A DNA stretch of 64,000 bases from the human T2T-CHM13v2.0 reference genome, Homo sapiens. Below, in pieces: positions 12,111 to 25,420 of the stretch (its first letter is position 1; every line of letters starts with the position of its first letter). The DNA is taken from assembly GCF_009914755.1 (NCBI RefSeq), contig NC_060927.1. One strand, given 5' to 3'. A program made the translations under genes and the position numbers. Below the pieces are notes generated by a model. The model was given only the letters and a program-made list of their open reading frames with translations, searched no databases and was not told where the DNA came from.

Positions 12111-15100
12111 AAAAATTTAATTTAAAGTTCTGGGATACATGTGAAGGACATCCAGGTTTGTTAACATATGTAAACATGTGTCATGGTGGTTTGCTGCACC
12201 TAACAAACCCATCACATCGGTATTGAGCCCTACATGCATTAGCTATTTATTATGACACTTTCCCTCCCTCCCAACCTCCGCCAACAGGCCCCAGTGTGTG
12301 TTGTTCCCCATGTATTCTCATTGTTCAGCTCCTACTTAATAAGTGAGAACATGCGGTGTTTGGTTTTCTGTTCCTGTGTTAGTTTGCTGAGGATAATGGC
12401 TTTGAGCTCCATCCTTGTCCCTGCAAAGATCATGATCTCATTCTTTTTTGGCTGCATAGTATTCCATGGTGTATATGTATCATATTTTCTTTATCCAGAC
12501 TATCATTGATGGGCATTTGGGTTGATTCCATGTCTTTGGTATAATGAATAGTGCTGTAATGAACATATGCATGTATATATCTTCATGATAGAATGATTTA
12601 TATTCCTCTGGGTATATACCCAGTAATGGGATTGCTGGGTCAAATAGTATTTCTGGTTGTAGGTCTTTGAGGAATTGTCACACTGTCTTCCACAATGGTT
12701 GAACTAATTTACATTCCCACCAACAGTATAAAAGCATTCTTATTTCTCCACAGCCTCGCCAGCATCTGTTGTTTCTTGACTTTTTAATGATCACCATTCT
12801 GACTGAAGTGAGATGGTATTACATTGTGGTTTTGATTTGCATTTCTGTAATGATCAGTGATATTGAACTTTTTTTCATGTTTTTTGGACGCATGGATGTT
12901 ATCTTTGGAGAAGTTTCTGTTCATGTCTTTGCCCACTTTTTAATGGATTCTTTGTTTTTTTTTTCTTGTAAATTTGTTTAAATTCCTTGTAGATTCTGGA
13001 TGTTAGACCTTTGTCAGATGGATAGATTGCAAAAATTTTCTCCCATTAGTTTCTTTTGCTGGGCAGAAGCTCTTTAGCTTAATTAGATCCCGTTTGTTAA
13101 TTTTTGCTTTTGTTGCAATTGCTTTTGATGTTTTCATCATGAAATCTTTGCCCGTGCCTATGTCCTGAATGGTATTGCCTAGATTTTCTTCCAGAGTTTT
13201 TATAGTTTGGGGTTTTACATTTAAGTCTTTAATCCATCTTGAGTTAATTTTTTTATAAGTTTTAAGGAAGGGATCCAGTTTCAATTTTCTGAATGTGGCT
13301 TGCCAGTTCTCCCAGTGCCATATATTAAATAGGGAATCCTTTCCCCATTGCTTCTTTTTGTCAGGTTTGTCAAAGTTCAGATGGTTGTAGATGTGTGGTC
13401 TTATTTCTGAGATCTATATTCTGTTCCATTGGTGTGTCTGTTTTGGTACCAGTACCGTGCTGTTTTGGTTACTATAGCCTTGTGGTATAGCTTGAAGTTG
13501 GGTATCATGGTGCCTGCAGCTTTCTTCTTTTTGCTTAGAATTTTCTTGGTTATATGGGCTCTTTTTTGGCTCCATATGAATTTTAAAGTAGTTTTTTCTA
13601 ATTCTGTGAAGAATGTTAGTGGTATTTTAATGGAAATAGCATTGAATCTTTAAATTACTTTAGGCAGTATGGCCATTTTCACAATATTGATGCTTCCTGC
13701 CCATGGGCATGGAATGTTTTTTCCATTTGCTTATGTCCTCTCTGATTTCCTTGAGCAGTGGTTTGTAGTTCTCCTTGAAGAGCTCCTTGACATCCATTGT
13801 TAGCTGTATTCCTAGTTATTTTATTCTCTTTGTAGCAATTGTGAATGGGAGTTCATTCATGATTTGGCTCTCTGCTTGTCTGTTGTTGGTATATAGGAAT
13901 GGTTGTGATTTTGCACATTGATTTTGTATGCTGAGACTTTGCTGAAGTTGCTTATCAGCTTAAGAAGCTTTTAGGCTGAAGCGATAGGATTTTCTATATG
14001 TACGATTATGTTATCTACAAACAGAGACAGTTTGACTTCCTCTCTTCCTATTTCAATACGCTTTATTTCTTTCTCTTGCCTGACTTCCCTGGCCAGAACT
14101 CCCAATACTATGTTGAATAGGAGTGGTGAGAGAGGGCATCCTTGTCTTGTGCTGGTTTTCAAGGGAAATGCTTCCAGCTTTTGCTCATTCAGTATGATAT
14201 TGGCTGTGGGTTTGTTCTAAATGGCTCTTATTATTTTGAGTTATGTTCCATCAATACCCAGTTTATTGAGAGTTTTTAACATGAAGAGATGTTGAATTTT
14301 ATAAAAGGCCTTTTCTACATCTATTAAGATAATCCTGTGGTTTTTTGTCTTTAGTTTTGTTTACATGATGAATTACATTTATTGATTTGAATATGTTGTT
14401 ACCAGCCTTGCATCCCGGGGATGAAGCCAGCTTGATCGTGGTAGATAAACTTTTTGATGTGCTGTTGGACTTGGTTTGCCAGTATTTTATTGAGGGTTTT
14501 TGCATTGATGTTCATCAGGATATTGGCCTGAAGTTTCTTTTTTAGTTGTATCTCTGCCAGGTTTTGGTATCAGGATGATGCTGGCCTCATAAAATGATTG
14601 ATGCACTAGTCCTTCCTTTTAATTTGTTTGAAGTAGTTTCAGAATAAATGGTACCAGCTCCGCTTTGTACCTCTGGTAGAATTCAGCTATAAATCAGTCT
14701 GGTCCTGGGCTTTTTTTGGTTGGTAGGCTATTTACTACTGCCTCAGTTTCAGAACTCATTATTTGTCTATTCAGGGGTTTAACTTCTTCCTGGTTCAGTC
14801 TTGGGAGGCTGTATGTGTTCAGGAATTTATCCATTTCCTCTGGATTTTCTAATTTATTTGCATAGTATGCAAATAAATTAGTGCAAATAAACTAATTTAT
14901 TTGTTTATAGTATTCTCTGATAGTTGTTTGCATTTCTGTGGGGTCAGTGGTGATATCCCCTTTATCATTTTTTATTGTATCAATTTGATTCTTCCGTCTT
15001 TATTAGTCTAGGTAGCGGTCTATTTCATTATTCTTTCAAAAAACCAGCTCCTGGATTTGTTGACTTTTTTGAAGGGTTTTTCATGTCTCTATCGCCTTCA

Positions 15101-18100
15101 GTTCTGCTCTGATCTTGGTTATTTCTTGTTTTCTGCTATCTTTGGGGTTTGTTTGCTCTTGGTTCTCTAGTCGTGATATTATGGTGCCGATTTGAGATCT
15201 TTCTAGCTTTTCGATGTGGGCATTTAGTTCTATAAATTTCCCTCTTAACACTGCTTTTTCTGTGTCCCAGAGATTCTAGTGTATTGTTTATTTGTTCTCA
15301 TTGGTTTCACAGAACTTCTTGATTTCTGCCTTAATTTCATTACCCAGGAGTCATTCAGGAGCATGTCGTTGCATTTCCAGTTAGTTGTATGGGTTTGACT
15401 GTGTTTCTTAATCTTGAGTTCTAATTTGATTGCTCTATGGTCTGAGAGACTGTTATGATTTTAGTTCTTTTGTATTTGCTGAGGAACGTTTTACTTCCAA
15501 TTAAATGATTGATTTTAGAGTAAGTCCCATGTGGTGCTGAAAATAATGTATATTCTGCTGTTTTTGGATAGAGAGTTCTGTAGATACCCAGACCAACTTA
15601 AGCCAGAGCTGAGTTTGAGTCCTGAAGATTCTTATCAACTTTCTGTGTCAATGATCTAATATTGACAGTGAAATATTAAAGTTTCCTATTATTATTGTGG
15701 GAGTCTAAATCTTTTTGTAGGTTTCTAAGAACTTGTTTTATAAATTTCGTTGCTCTTGAAGTGAGGCATAGAAATTTAGGATAGTTAGCTCTTCTTGTTG
15801 AATTGAACTTTTTACCATTATGTAATGCCCTTCTTTGTCTTTTTTGATCTTTGTTGGTTTAAAGTCTGTCTTGTCAGAAACTAGGATTGCAACCCCTGCT
15901 TTTTTCTGCTTTTTATTTGCTGGTAGATTTTCCCTCATCCTTTTATTTTGAGCCTATGTGTGTCCCTGCATGTGAGAAGGGTCGCTTGAATATAGCACAC
16001 CAATGGGTCTTGACTCTTTACCAGCTTGCCATTCTGTGTCTTTTAATTGGGGCATTTAGCTCATTTACATTTAAGGTTAATATTGTTATGTGTGAATTTG
16101 ATCCAGTCATCATGATGCCAACTGGTTATTTTGCAGACTTGTTGATGTAGTTGCCTTATAGAGTCATTGGTCTTTGTACTTCAGTGTGGTTTTGTAGTAG
16201 CTGGTAACAGTTTTTTGTTTGTTTGTTTGCTTGTTTGTTTTCATATTTAGTGCTTCCTTTGGGAGCTCTTGCAAGATGGGCCTGGTGGTGACAAATTCTC
16301 TCAGCATTTGCTTGTCTGAAAAGGATTTTATTTCTCCTTCACTTATGAAGCTTCATTTGGCCATATATGAAATTCTGGGTTGAGTATTCTTTGCTTTAAA
16401 ATTGTTAAATATTGGCCCCTGATCTTTTTTGGCTTGTAGGGTTTCTGCTGAGAGGTCTGCTGTTAGTCTGATGGACTTGCCTTTGTAGGTTACCTGGCCT
16501 TTCTCTCTGGCTGCCCTTAATATTTTGTCTTTCATTTCGACCTTACAGAATCTGATATTATGTGCCTTGGGGGTTGATCTTCTTATGGAATATCTTACTG
16601 GGGTTCTCTGGATTTCCTGAATTTGAATGTGGGCCTCTCTTGCTAGGTTAGGGAAGTTCTTGTGGATGATATCTTGAAGTACGTTTTCCAACTTGGCCCT
16701 GTTCTCCCTGTCTCTTTCAGGTACTTCAACCAGTCAGAAGTTTGGTCTTTTTACATAACCCCATAGGTCCTGGAGGTTTTATTCATTCCTTTTCATTCCT
16801 TTTTCTTTTTTTTCCTAATCTTATCTGCCTGTCTTGTTTCATCAAGATAGTCTTCAAGCTCTGAAATTCTTTCCTCCGCTTGGTCTATTCGGCTATCAAT
16901 AATTGTGGGTGCATTGTGAAGTTCTCATGTTGTGTTTTTCAGCTCCATCAGGTCATTTATGTTCCTCTCTAAACTGGTTATTCTGGTTAACAGCTCCTGT
17001 AATGTTTTATCATGGTTATTAGCTTCTTTGCATTGGGTTAGAACATGCTCCTTTAGCTCAGTGAAGTTCATTATTACCCACCTTCTGAAGCCTACTTCTG
17101 TCAATTCATTCATTTCAGCCCTGCCCAGTTCTGTGCCCTTGCCAGAGAGGTGTTGCAATAATTTGGAGGAGGAGAAGCACTCTGCTTTTTGAGTGTTCAG
17201 TGTTTTTTCATTGATTCTTTCTCATCTTTATGAGTTTATCTAGCTTTGGTCTTCGAGGCTGCTGACCTTTGGATGGGGTTTTTGAGGGGACTTTTTTGTT
17301 AATGTTGTTGCTGCTTTCTATTTGTTATTCTTTTAACGGTCAGGCCCCTCTTCTGGTTTGTTGGGGGTCCACTCCAGACCCTATTTGCCTGGGTCCCTCC
17401 CACACCTGAAGGTGTCACCAGTGGAGGCTGCAGAACAGCAAGGATGACTGCCTGCTACTTTCTCTGGGAGCTCCATCCCAGAGGGGCACCAACCTTATTC
17501 CAGCAGGAATGGTCCTAAATAAGGTGTCTGGTGACCCTTGTTGGGGGGTTTCACCCAGTCAAGAGGCATGGGATCAGGAATCCACTTAACGAAGCACTCT
17601 GGCTGGGCTTTGGCAGAGGGGGTGCACTGTGGTGGGAGGAATCCCACTCATCTGCACTTCCCAGGTTCTGCAGAGCCATCGGGGGAAAGACTAAGTCCAC
17701 TGATCCATGGAGAGAGACCATGGCTGCCCCTCCTGCAAGGGGCTCTATCCCAGGGAGATCAGAGTTCTGTCTGTAAATCCCTAGCTGGAGTTTCTGAAAT
17801 TCCTGCAGAGAGGCCCCCATCCAGTGAGGAGGAATGGGTCAGGGTCCAGCTTAAAGAGGCAGTATGGCCATGATCCACCACAGCCGCTGTGCTACACTGT
17901 GGAGAATTCCTCCTGAGTCCAAACCGCTCAGTCTCCCTCGCACCAGCAGGGAAAAAGTGGCAGAATGGAGCTGCATTTATGGCTGCCACCCCTCCCCCCA
18001 GGACTCAGTCATCTTAGGCAACAGGCAGCTGCAATGATGGCAGCTGCCCCTCCCCTCAGGAACTTGGTAATCTTAGTCTCTAGCTGAGCGACCGCCAAGA

Positions 18101-18483
18101 ATCTGCACAGCTCTGTTCTTGGGACCCAAGGCCCTGGTCACATAGGCTCACAAAGGGGATCTTCTGATTTGCAGGTTGCACAGATTCGTGGAAAAAGCAT
18201 GGTTTTCCTGGTGGTAGGTAGCACACTCACCACCTTGCTTGGCTGGGAGTGGGAGTTCCCCTTGTTACTTGCAGCTCCCAGGTGGGCCGTTGCTCCACTC
18301 TGCTTTTGCTGGCTCTCTGTGGGTTGTGCCAACTGCCTATTCAGTCCCAATGAGAGAATTTGGATACCTCAGTTGCCGGTGCGGGATTCACTTGCAGTTT
18401 TCGTTCTTCTCTCGCCGTTTTCATTCTTCTCGGTGGGAGCCTTCGACCGCAGCTATTTCCAGTCAATCATCTTGGTCCCTCCC
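12111..18483 (-). mobile_element. Full-length (~6.4 kb) decayed L1PA (about L1PA8A-12), antisense to STXBP5L
   Basis: 3'UTR, ORF2 fragments (13003-13284, 13971-14162, 15738-15938), ORF1 (16353-16691, 16925-17158), GC-rich 5'UTR ending catcttggtccctccc; degenerate TSD acaatac(a/t)ttttt at ~12098 and ~18488. Confidence 0.93.
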
Positions 18484-19522
18484 GGCAACAATACTTTTTT
18501 TATAAAGAGTTATTCGGTGAAGATTGAATAAATGGATGAATGGATGGAAAGCTAAGGATATCTTCGATTATTTAATGATAGTTAATATTGATATAGGAAT
18601 AAGATTATTTTTCCAAGGCTTACATGCAGTAGAAAAAATCCTTCATCTATCAGGTAGTGGTGGTAGAAATAAGTTACAAATGAAAGTGTAATTATAAAAT
18701 ACAATAAATTAAGTTGTATAAAGGTATTGACTAATCATATATTAGAGCTAGCAAATATACAGCAGAAGTGTTAGTATATCTTTTCCTTTATCTATGGCAA
18801 TCATTCTAAGTAATCCTGTTACTCTTTTTGGGGGGGTTCAGTTAAAACCTGAAAATCTTTATCTAGTTGTTGTAACCACTACTCATCAGTTGGACATTGA
18901 ATATAAGGTGAAACCTGTCTGATATAAAGGCTCTAGTTTCTATTTAATAAGGATGAGGAAAAAAGTAGTTACTAGTTCAAGGAATAGTTCTAGTTCTGTC
19001 TCATTACTGAAACCTGGTAGTTCTTACACTTTTCTTCTTAACCCTGGAAGTGACTATGTAATATTGAGGTTTGCTTTTTTTCTACTTGAACCCCTATATT
19101 TATGTCTTCTTTAATGGGATTAGTGTTTTTTCCACTGTCCCTGTAATTCAGAAAGGATGATCTTAGTCCTCTTTAAAGTAAGTTTCCTCTTTCTACCTAA
19201 GATTGAATTGAAAATTGATTCTTCATTGCCTTGAAACATGACCATCAAGTTATTTCCTGTGCAACATTATTAAATATCTCTTGGCAACAGCAATTCTAGA
19301 TTTTAGGTTTTAATCAAAATTTTCCAACATCATATAGGCTACACAATTACTATTGTCAATAGTAATTGCTTATGTAATAGCAGAGCTTTTAATTTTTTGA
19401 ATGTAGTGTGCAGGGTACTTTGAATAATATATGAAGTTTGGTTCAAAGAAACAGACTGTTGAAAACTTCAGTGAACCAGACTGAGAATATAAATTGGACA
19501 CACTGGATGTTCACTTTTATTC

Positions 19523-19834
19523 TTTTTTCTTTTTCTTTTTTTTTTTTTTTTTTGTGACACAGAGTCTTGCTCTGTCACCAGGCTGGAGTGCAGTGGCACA
19601 GTCTCGGCTCATGGTAACCCTATCTCCTGGGTTCAAGTGATTCTCCTGCCTCAGCCTCCCAAGTAGGTGGGACTATGGGCACCCACCACCACGCCCGGCT
19701 AATTTTTTGTATTTTTAGTAGAGTCGGGGTTTCACCATGTTGGCCAGGATGGTCTTGATCTCTTGACCTCATGATCCACCTGCCTCGGCCTCTCAAAGTG
19801 CTTGGATTACAGGCATGAGCCACCGCGCCTGGCC
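19523..19834 (-). mobile_element. AluS (AluSc-like)
   Basis: Poly-T followed by reverse Alu; flanking ttttattctt duplication. Confidence 0.95.
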
Positions 19835-20419
19835 TTTTTATTCTTATATAAAGAAGTACAAGACAATATCATATTGGAAATATGTCATTCACATTTTTTT
19901 TGAAAAATTTATTGGTCTGTCTGACAAGAGATAACTATGAACTTATCCTCCTTCTCTTTTGTGGAGTAACTAAAAAGCATGATTAGGCCAAACTAGAAGG
20001 AGTGATAATGTTGTGAATAGAGGACTCTGGTAAATTCCCATATTTAATATGTAGGAGTCATGATTGCTCTGGCTATGGAACAGGTCCTAGAGCTAGTCAG
20101 AGAGCCCATTGTGAAGATGAAAACAGAACAATAAAATGAAGGGAAAAATACAGTGAAGCTCTGACTTTATAAGTTTTCTTTTTACTGCTTATATGTCAAA
20201 CATCTGAATAAAAACTAAATAATTTATCATCTCATGTAGACATAGCTACCACTTCTCTGTGAACTCTGAAATTTATGTTTTGAAGCAAATATGACCTTTA
20301 TGTATTTGAAGTAAATATTAAGTTTACGAAATATAATATGAAATTCATGTATTTGAAGCAAATATGATCTTAAAAATAGAAAAAAATGTAGCTTAGTGAA
20401 AGATGTTAATTTTGTAACC

Positions 20420-20600
20420 AAACAGGAAAGGATTTGAATCCCGGTTTTGCTGCTTATTAGCGGTCTTAGGCAAGTAAACAAAAAAATTCAGCCACAGTTT
20501 CATTTTTGTAAAACAGAAATACATATCTGTCTTGCTGTTTTCAGAATTAGAAATAATGTAAATTAATGCCCATATAGGCACTTATTAATAGTGCTTATTA
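20420..20600 (+). mobile_element. MIR remnant
   Basis: gatttgaatcccgg..tcttaggcaagt..cagtttcatttttgtaaaa resembles the MIR core. Confidence 0.55.
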
Positions 20601-20787
20601 ACATTATTGTTTTTAACGCTATAATATTATTTATCCTATACTCTCAATGAATAACTACATGCTATACTTGAGTATATAGTACATTTTATTATTTATATAG
20701 CTATCACTACATAATACATGTAAGGAAAATATAATGCTGACCAAATGTAAAATTTAGATATTTTAATTATAATTTTCTTTCTTTCAG

Positions 20788-20922
20788 AATTACTTACTGT
20801 CATCTACCTTTCCAGAGTAAATGGCTTTATGTTGGAACAGAAAGAGGAAATACACATATTGTAAATATTGAATCTTTCATTCTTTCTGGATATGTTATCA
20901 TGTGGAACAAGGCAATTGAACT
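20788..20922 (+). CDS. STXBP5L: STXBP5L (tomosyn-2) internal coding exon, 135 nt, phase 2-2 (probably exon 6)
   Basis: ttttctttctttcag|A...CT|gtaagt; translates (R)ITYCHLPFQSKWLYVGTERGNTHIVNIESFILSGYVIMWNKAIE(L), tomosyn WD40 region. ITYC/NTHI/FILS match STXBP5L rather than STXBP5 as recalled. Exon number from memory. Confidence 0.96.
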
Positions 20923-21488
20923 GTAAGTTTGAACTTGGATATCACTTTATTGGCTTAAATACTTCATACAGTTATGTAACATGTAGGTCAAATTACAGTT
21001 ATTTGATACGTCTATTACTAATTTATAATGAATTTGAGTGAAAAGTTCAGTAAAATAACTTAAAGCCATAAAAGCTTTTAAAAATAGATATTACAATATT
21101 TTAGGCTTTCCAAATACCATAAATAATTAAGCTTTATATCTAAAAATGTGATGACAAAATAGTAAGGCTTATTCTAAAAGTTATACATGGAAATCTCACT
21201 TCATTATAATCAAGCTTAGTATAGCAACTTTCAGTGAGAATGAATTGTGTTATGTAAAAATAATCATGATCACTGCATATGATTTTAATGCTTGTAGCTT
21301 GTTCTTTTCTTGCCTCATTAAAATATTGTTCAGGGCTCAAATATCTTTTAGGTTACGTTATACATAGGTTTTTTGGGTGTATGATTGATGGCAATTACCA
21401 CTTTGGCTTTGGCACTGATATTTAAGTTTCTGTACATGTGAAATGTGAAATTCTCCAAATATCAAACTCTGTGGAATTTCAAGCCATC

Positions 21489-21949
21489 TGTATTCAGCCA
21501 TTTTGCATTGCTATAAAGGAATCCCTGAGACAAGGTAATTTATATAGAAAAGAGGTTTAATTGGCTTATGGTTCTACAGGCTTTACAGGAAGCATGGTGC
21601 TGGCATCTGCTTAGCTTCCAGGGAGGCCTCAGGAAGCTTACAATCATGGTAGAAGTTAGGAGCAGGCATGTCATATAATGAAAGCAGGAGCAAGAGGAGG
21701 AGTTAGGGGGAGGTGCCACACACTTTCAAACAACAAGATCTCACGAGAATTCATTCACTACTGCAAGAACTCACTTACTATGGCAAGAACTCACTATTAC
21801 AAGAAGAGCCCTAAGGGGATGGTGCTAAACCATTCAAGAGAAATCCACTTCCCATGATCCAAATACCTCCCACTAGGCCCCACCTTGAACATTTAGGGAT
21901 TACAATTCAACATGAGCTTTGGGCAGGGACAAATATCCAAACTATATCA
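21489..21949 (+). mobile_element. Solo MaLR LTR (MSTA-like)
   Basis: TG...CA termini with perfect 5-bp TSD ccatc (21484-21488, 21950-21954); orientation uncertain. Confidence 0.9.
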
Positions 21950-23929
21950 CCATCTATTTGTAGTACATACGTAAGCAATTCTTCTAGTAAAATTATTAAT
22001 CAGAAAAACAACTTTTATTTAACACGTTTATGCTCTCTACATATTAGGTCCTTGATAAGATGTTTGACTTGAAGTTGACTCATTTTCTGCCTCATATATA
22101 GTCTAAGTTACAAAATTATTCTGCAAAATTCTGATTAAAACACCCTATTTTTGTGAAGCTTGACGCTGGAAATAAATATTTTACCTAATCTTAATGTTTC
22201 AATATGCATGTATATTGCTTCATAAGGAAGGTTGTTACTAGTTATACTCTTGTCATGATACTCCTTTTGTATTATGTCTGAATGGGTCTTTTATTAATGA
22301 TAATTCTTTCTCCCTCATTAGATTAGGAACTGCTCCAGAGCAGGATTTTTGTTTATTGTTCTTTTCTTGTTCTTCATACTTGGCTTATTTCTGTGCTTTC
22401 CAAAGTAAATACTAAATGATTGATGACATTATTGAAGCATTAGTATGATAAATTGTTACATATACACTGCTATTGACTTACAACTTTCATTTATGTTTTC
22501 AAGATAATTGGTGTGAGCTATTTTGCTCATTTTGTTGTTCTGTGTGAATATTTCTAAAAACATTAATCCTATAAATAATTATGTTTCCCCCCAAAGTTAC
22601 TTTATTAGGTATTTGGGAGGGTCCTTTTCCCCTGTAATCCTAGTCCTATAAAAGCAATAAAAGGGCTGAATTTTAATAGTTTTACATAATATTGTTTCAG
22701 GATATTGATAAAAACATACAGGCTTAGATGAACAAGAGAAGATTCAGTTATAAAACTTTTAAATAAATTCAATATTAGTGAAAATATATAGATGCATCAC
22801 TTGTGTTCAGGTTGAATGCTGCTAAAGTAATTGAGAAGAATTTGTTATCTTAAGCAAATTAAACATTTCACCACTCTTGCAATGCTGTTCTTATATTCAT
22901 TTATGTAACAAATCCTTTTCATGGTTCAGATTACTACGTGAACTAGTGACTTATACTTTATTTTAATGTGTTTATATAGTCTATACAATTTCAAGACTAA
23001 TGAAGAGTTTTTAAAATGTATATTATAAGGGAGGCTAAAATCAGGAGAAATTAAAGAGCTAAAATAAGGCATTTTTATTTTTCATAATATACACATGATT
23101 CAGCATTAGAATAGCATCTACTATTTTATATATAAACCTGTGTTTTATCGAGTTGTACATGCCTCTGAAAATGTTCTTGAAATATCTCTGAGAAATTATT
23201 AGTAAACCACATACCATCACTTCCTGAATGTCTCTTGATTCATTTAGACCGGATTTCCAAAAATATGTTCCATAGAATTCTAATTCCACTGTGACAGATA
23301 ACATTTTAAATGCCAATTTCCAATCTCCTGGAACTGTCTTTTCATTGCTCTCTACCTCTTGAGATACATTAGAAAATGTATGTAACTTCCTGTTAATATG
23401 TGTCAAGTGTATGGGACAGTAATAAAATATGCATTTAATTAAGAAGACTCATTTAATAAATATAATTTTAGTCCATGAATTTTAATAATATATTTTCTAA
23501 GTAGGACAAATGCAAGAATTATCTAAAAAAATATGAGATTGTTTCTATTTTAAGTCCTTATTGAAATACTTTTCATTTAATGTTTATTTTTCAGCTTGTT
23601 TCTATTTTTAGTGAATTATTCTAATTGCAATTAGAGGCAATTCCCAAGAGTATGAATAGTTGGGTTTCCAAAATGTATATATTGGTTATTTGGAACCTGG
23701 GACAAATTTTTCATTTAAACAGTGATATTTGAAGAATACCTTATAAAATAACAGCATAGAACTAAACTATCATTAAAAAATATTTATATGGGAAAATATA
23801 TACCAGGTGATAGCATAGAAACAGCTATTTCTGTAGGGCAGCCCTAACATTTTAAAAAAATGTAAGCTTTTTTTCCACATATGATTAAAATTTGAGCATG
23901 AAATTTATAATCAAATCATAAAAGTGTAA

Positions 23930-25420
23930 GACTCATGTTTAACATCATTCAAGCATGTTTACTGAGCTCTATTATATGATAGATACTAGAAACAACTATG
24001 AACAGAGAAGACATAATCTCTGTCCTCCTGGGACTTCCAGTTTAATGGAGGCAAAGTTAAATAAAAAGGCAATTACAATATACTGGTAATATAATATGGC
24101 AATTCCATAAGAAGGACATCTATTATAATATAGACATGGGATCTCAAAGTGGTATCTGTGAAGATTGTTACATCTATGCTGAGATCCAAGGGGTGAGTTT
24201 CAGTTAGATGAGTAAAATACCAGGGACAAGAACATTCCGGGCAGAGGGAACAGAATATTTAAAGGATGGAATATAAGATAATTTTCTGCTCTGTGCCCAG
24301 AAATTTTAAGTACTGCAGTTTATAGTTTGTTGGAATGGCTGGTGGATAGGATAGCAAGGGATAAAGCTGGAAGGTAATCAGGTTTTATAACATGAAAGGT
24401 CTTGTAAGCCAATTTGATAAGTTCAGACTTTAAAGACTAATAGGGAGCTAGATTTTGACGGTTGCAAGCAGATCTCAATCAAATCTATATTTTAGGAGTA
24501 CTACCCTGAATGCAGGTATGGAGAAATAATTGGAGAGAAAGAAAGACTGTGTTCTTGGTAAAAATTATGTTGGTGTTGTAGGAGTGGAGATAAACCAACA
24601 TATTAAAGAAATATTTAAAAGAAGGAATAATAATAGGGAAAAATTAAAGATGACTTCCCAGTGTTTGCCTTGAGCAATGGTGTACAATGGTGCCATTTAG
24701 TGAAAGTGCAAGAGGTTGAGTAGGTTGAGAGTAAAATAATAAGTTCAATTTTAGCTCCATTGAATTGTATGTGTTTATAAGACTTTCAAGTGGAGTTGGT
24801 ATAGAAGAATAGCAAGAGGTGGGATATATATGGATCTGAAGGTAATGAGAGAGATCAGAATTTACTGGGTTGTTAAAACCAGATGAACAGATGAAATTGT
24901 GCATAAAGAGTATGTAGAGAAAAGTTAGCAAACTAATAGCCATTGAACTAATTATGACTCATAGATATATTTTGTTTGGCCATCAGAGCATTTAAATATG
25001 CTCTGAATTATGACTTTCTATTATTTAAAAATTGGTAGAATGAAGATAAAAATTTGGACTTTTTGGTGAAACAGTCCTAGTCTAACATTCCTGTATGGCA
25101 ATAATCAACTGCAAATGAGTAGTAACTTTCCTTATGTAGGTGGGTAATGTGCTATCCAGGTTGGTACAGTTCTTATTCAGCCTATTTAACTCATTTGCAA
25201 TACCTGCCTGATTCCTGTAGGGTTTTGAATTTGTGGTCATATATTATATGGGAATACATGGCAGTCTAGGACAGGATACCATAGAATATCAATATTTAAG
25301 ATATGGGAAGATAATGAAAAGCCCATAATGGAAACTAATATTAAGAAGGCTACTTTAGTGAATGGGAGAAAGAGAACTAAATAGGGATACCGAGAAGAAT
25401 TACTGCACATTTTTTTAGGT
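23930..25420 (-). mobile_element. Degenerate L2 fragments
   Basis: cattcaagcatgtttactgagc.., gcagagggaacag.., gatgacttcccagtgtttgccttgagcaatgg resemble the L2 3' region. Confidence 0.55.

Noticed and set aside
12111-18483. Full-length L1 as an active element
   Set aside because: ORF1 and ORF2 are broken into many short frames and the 5'UTR is CpG-depleted.
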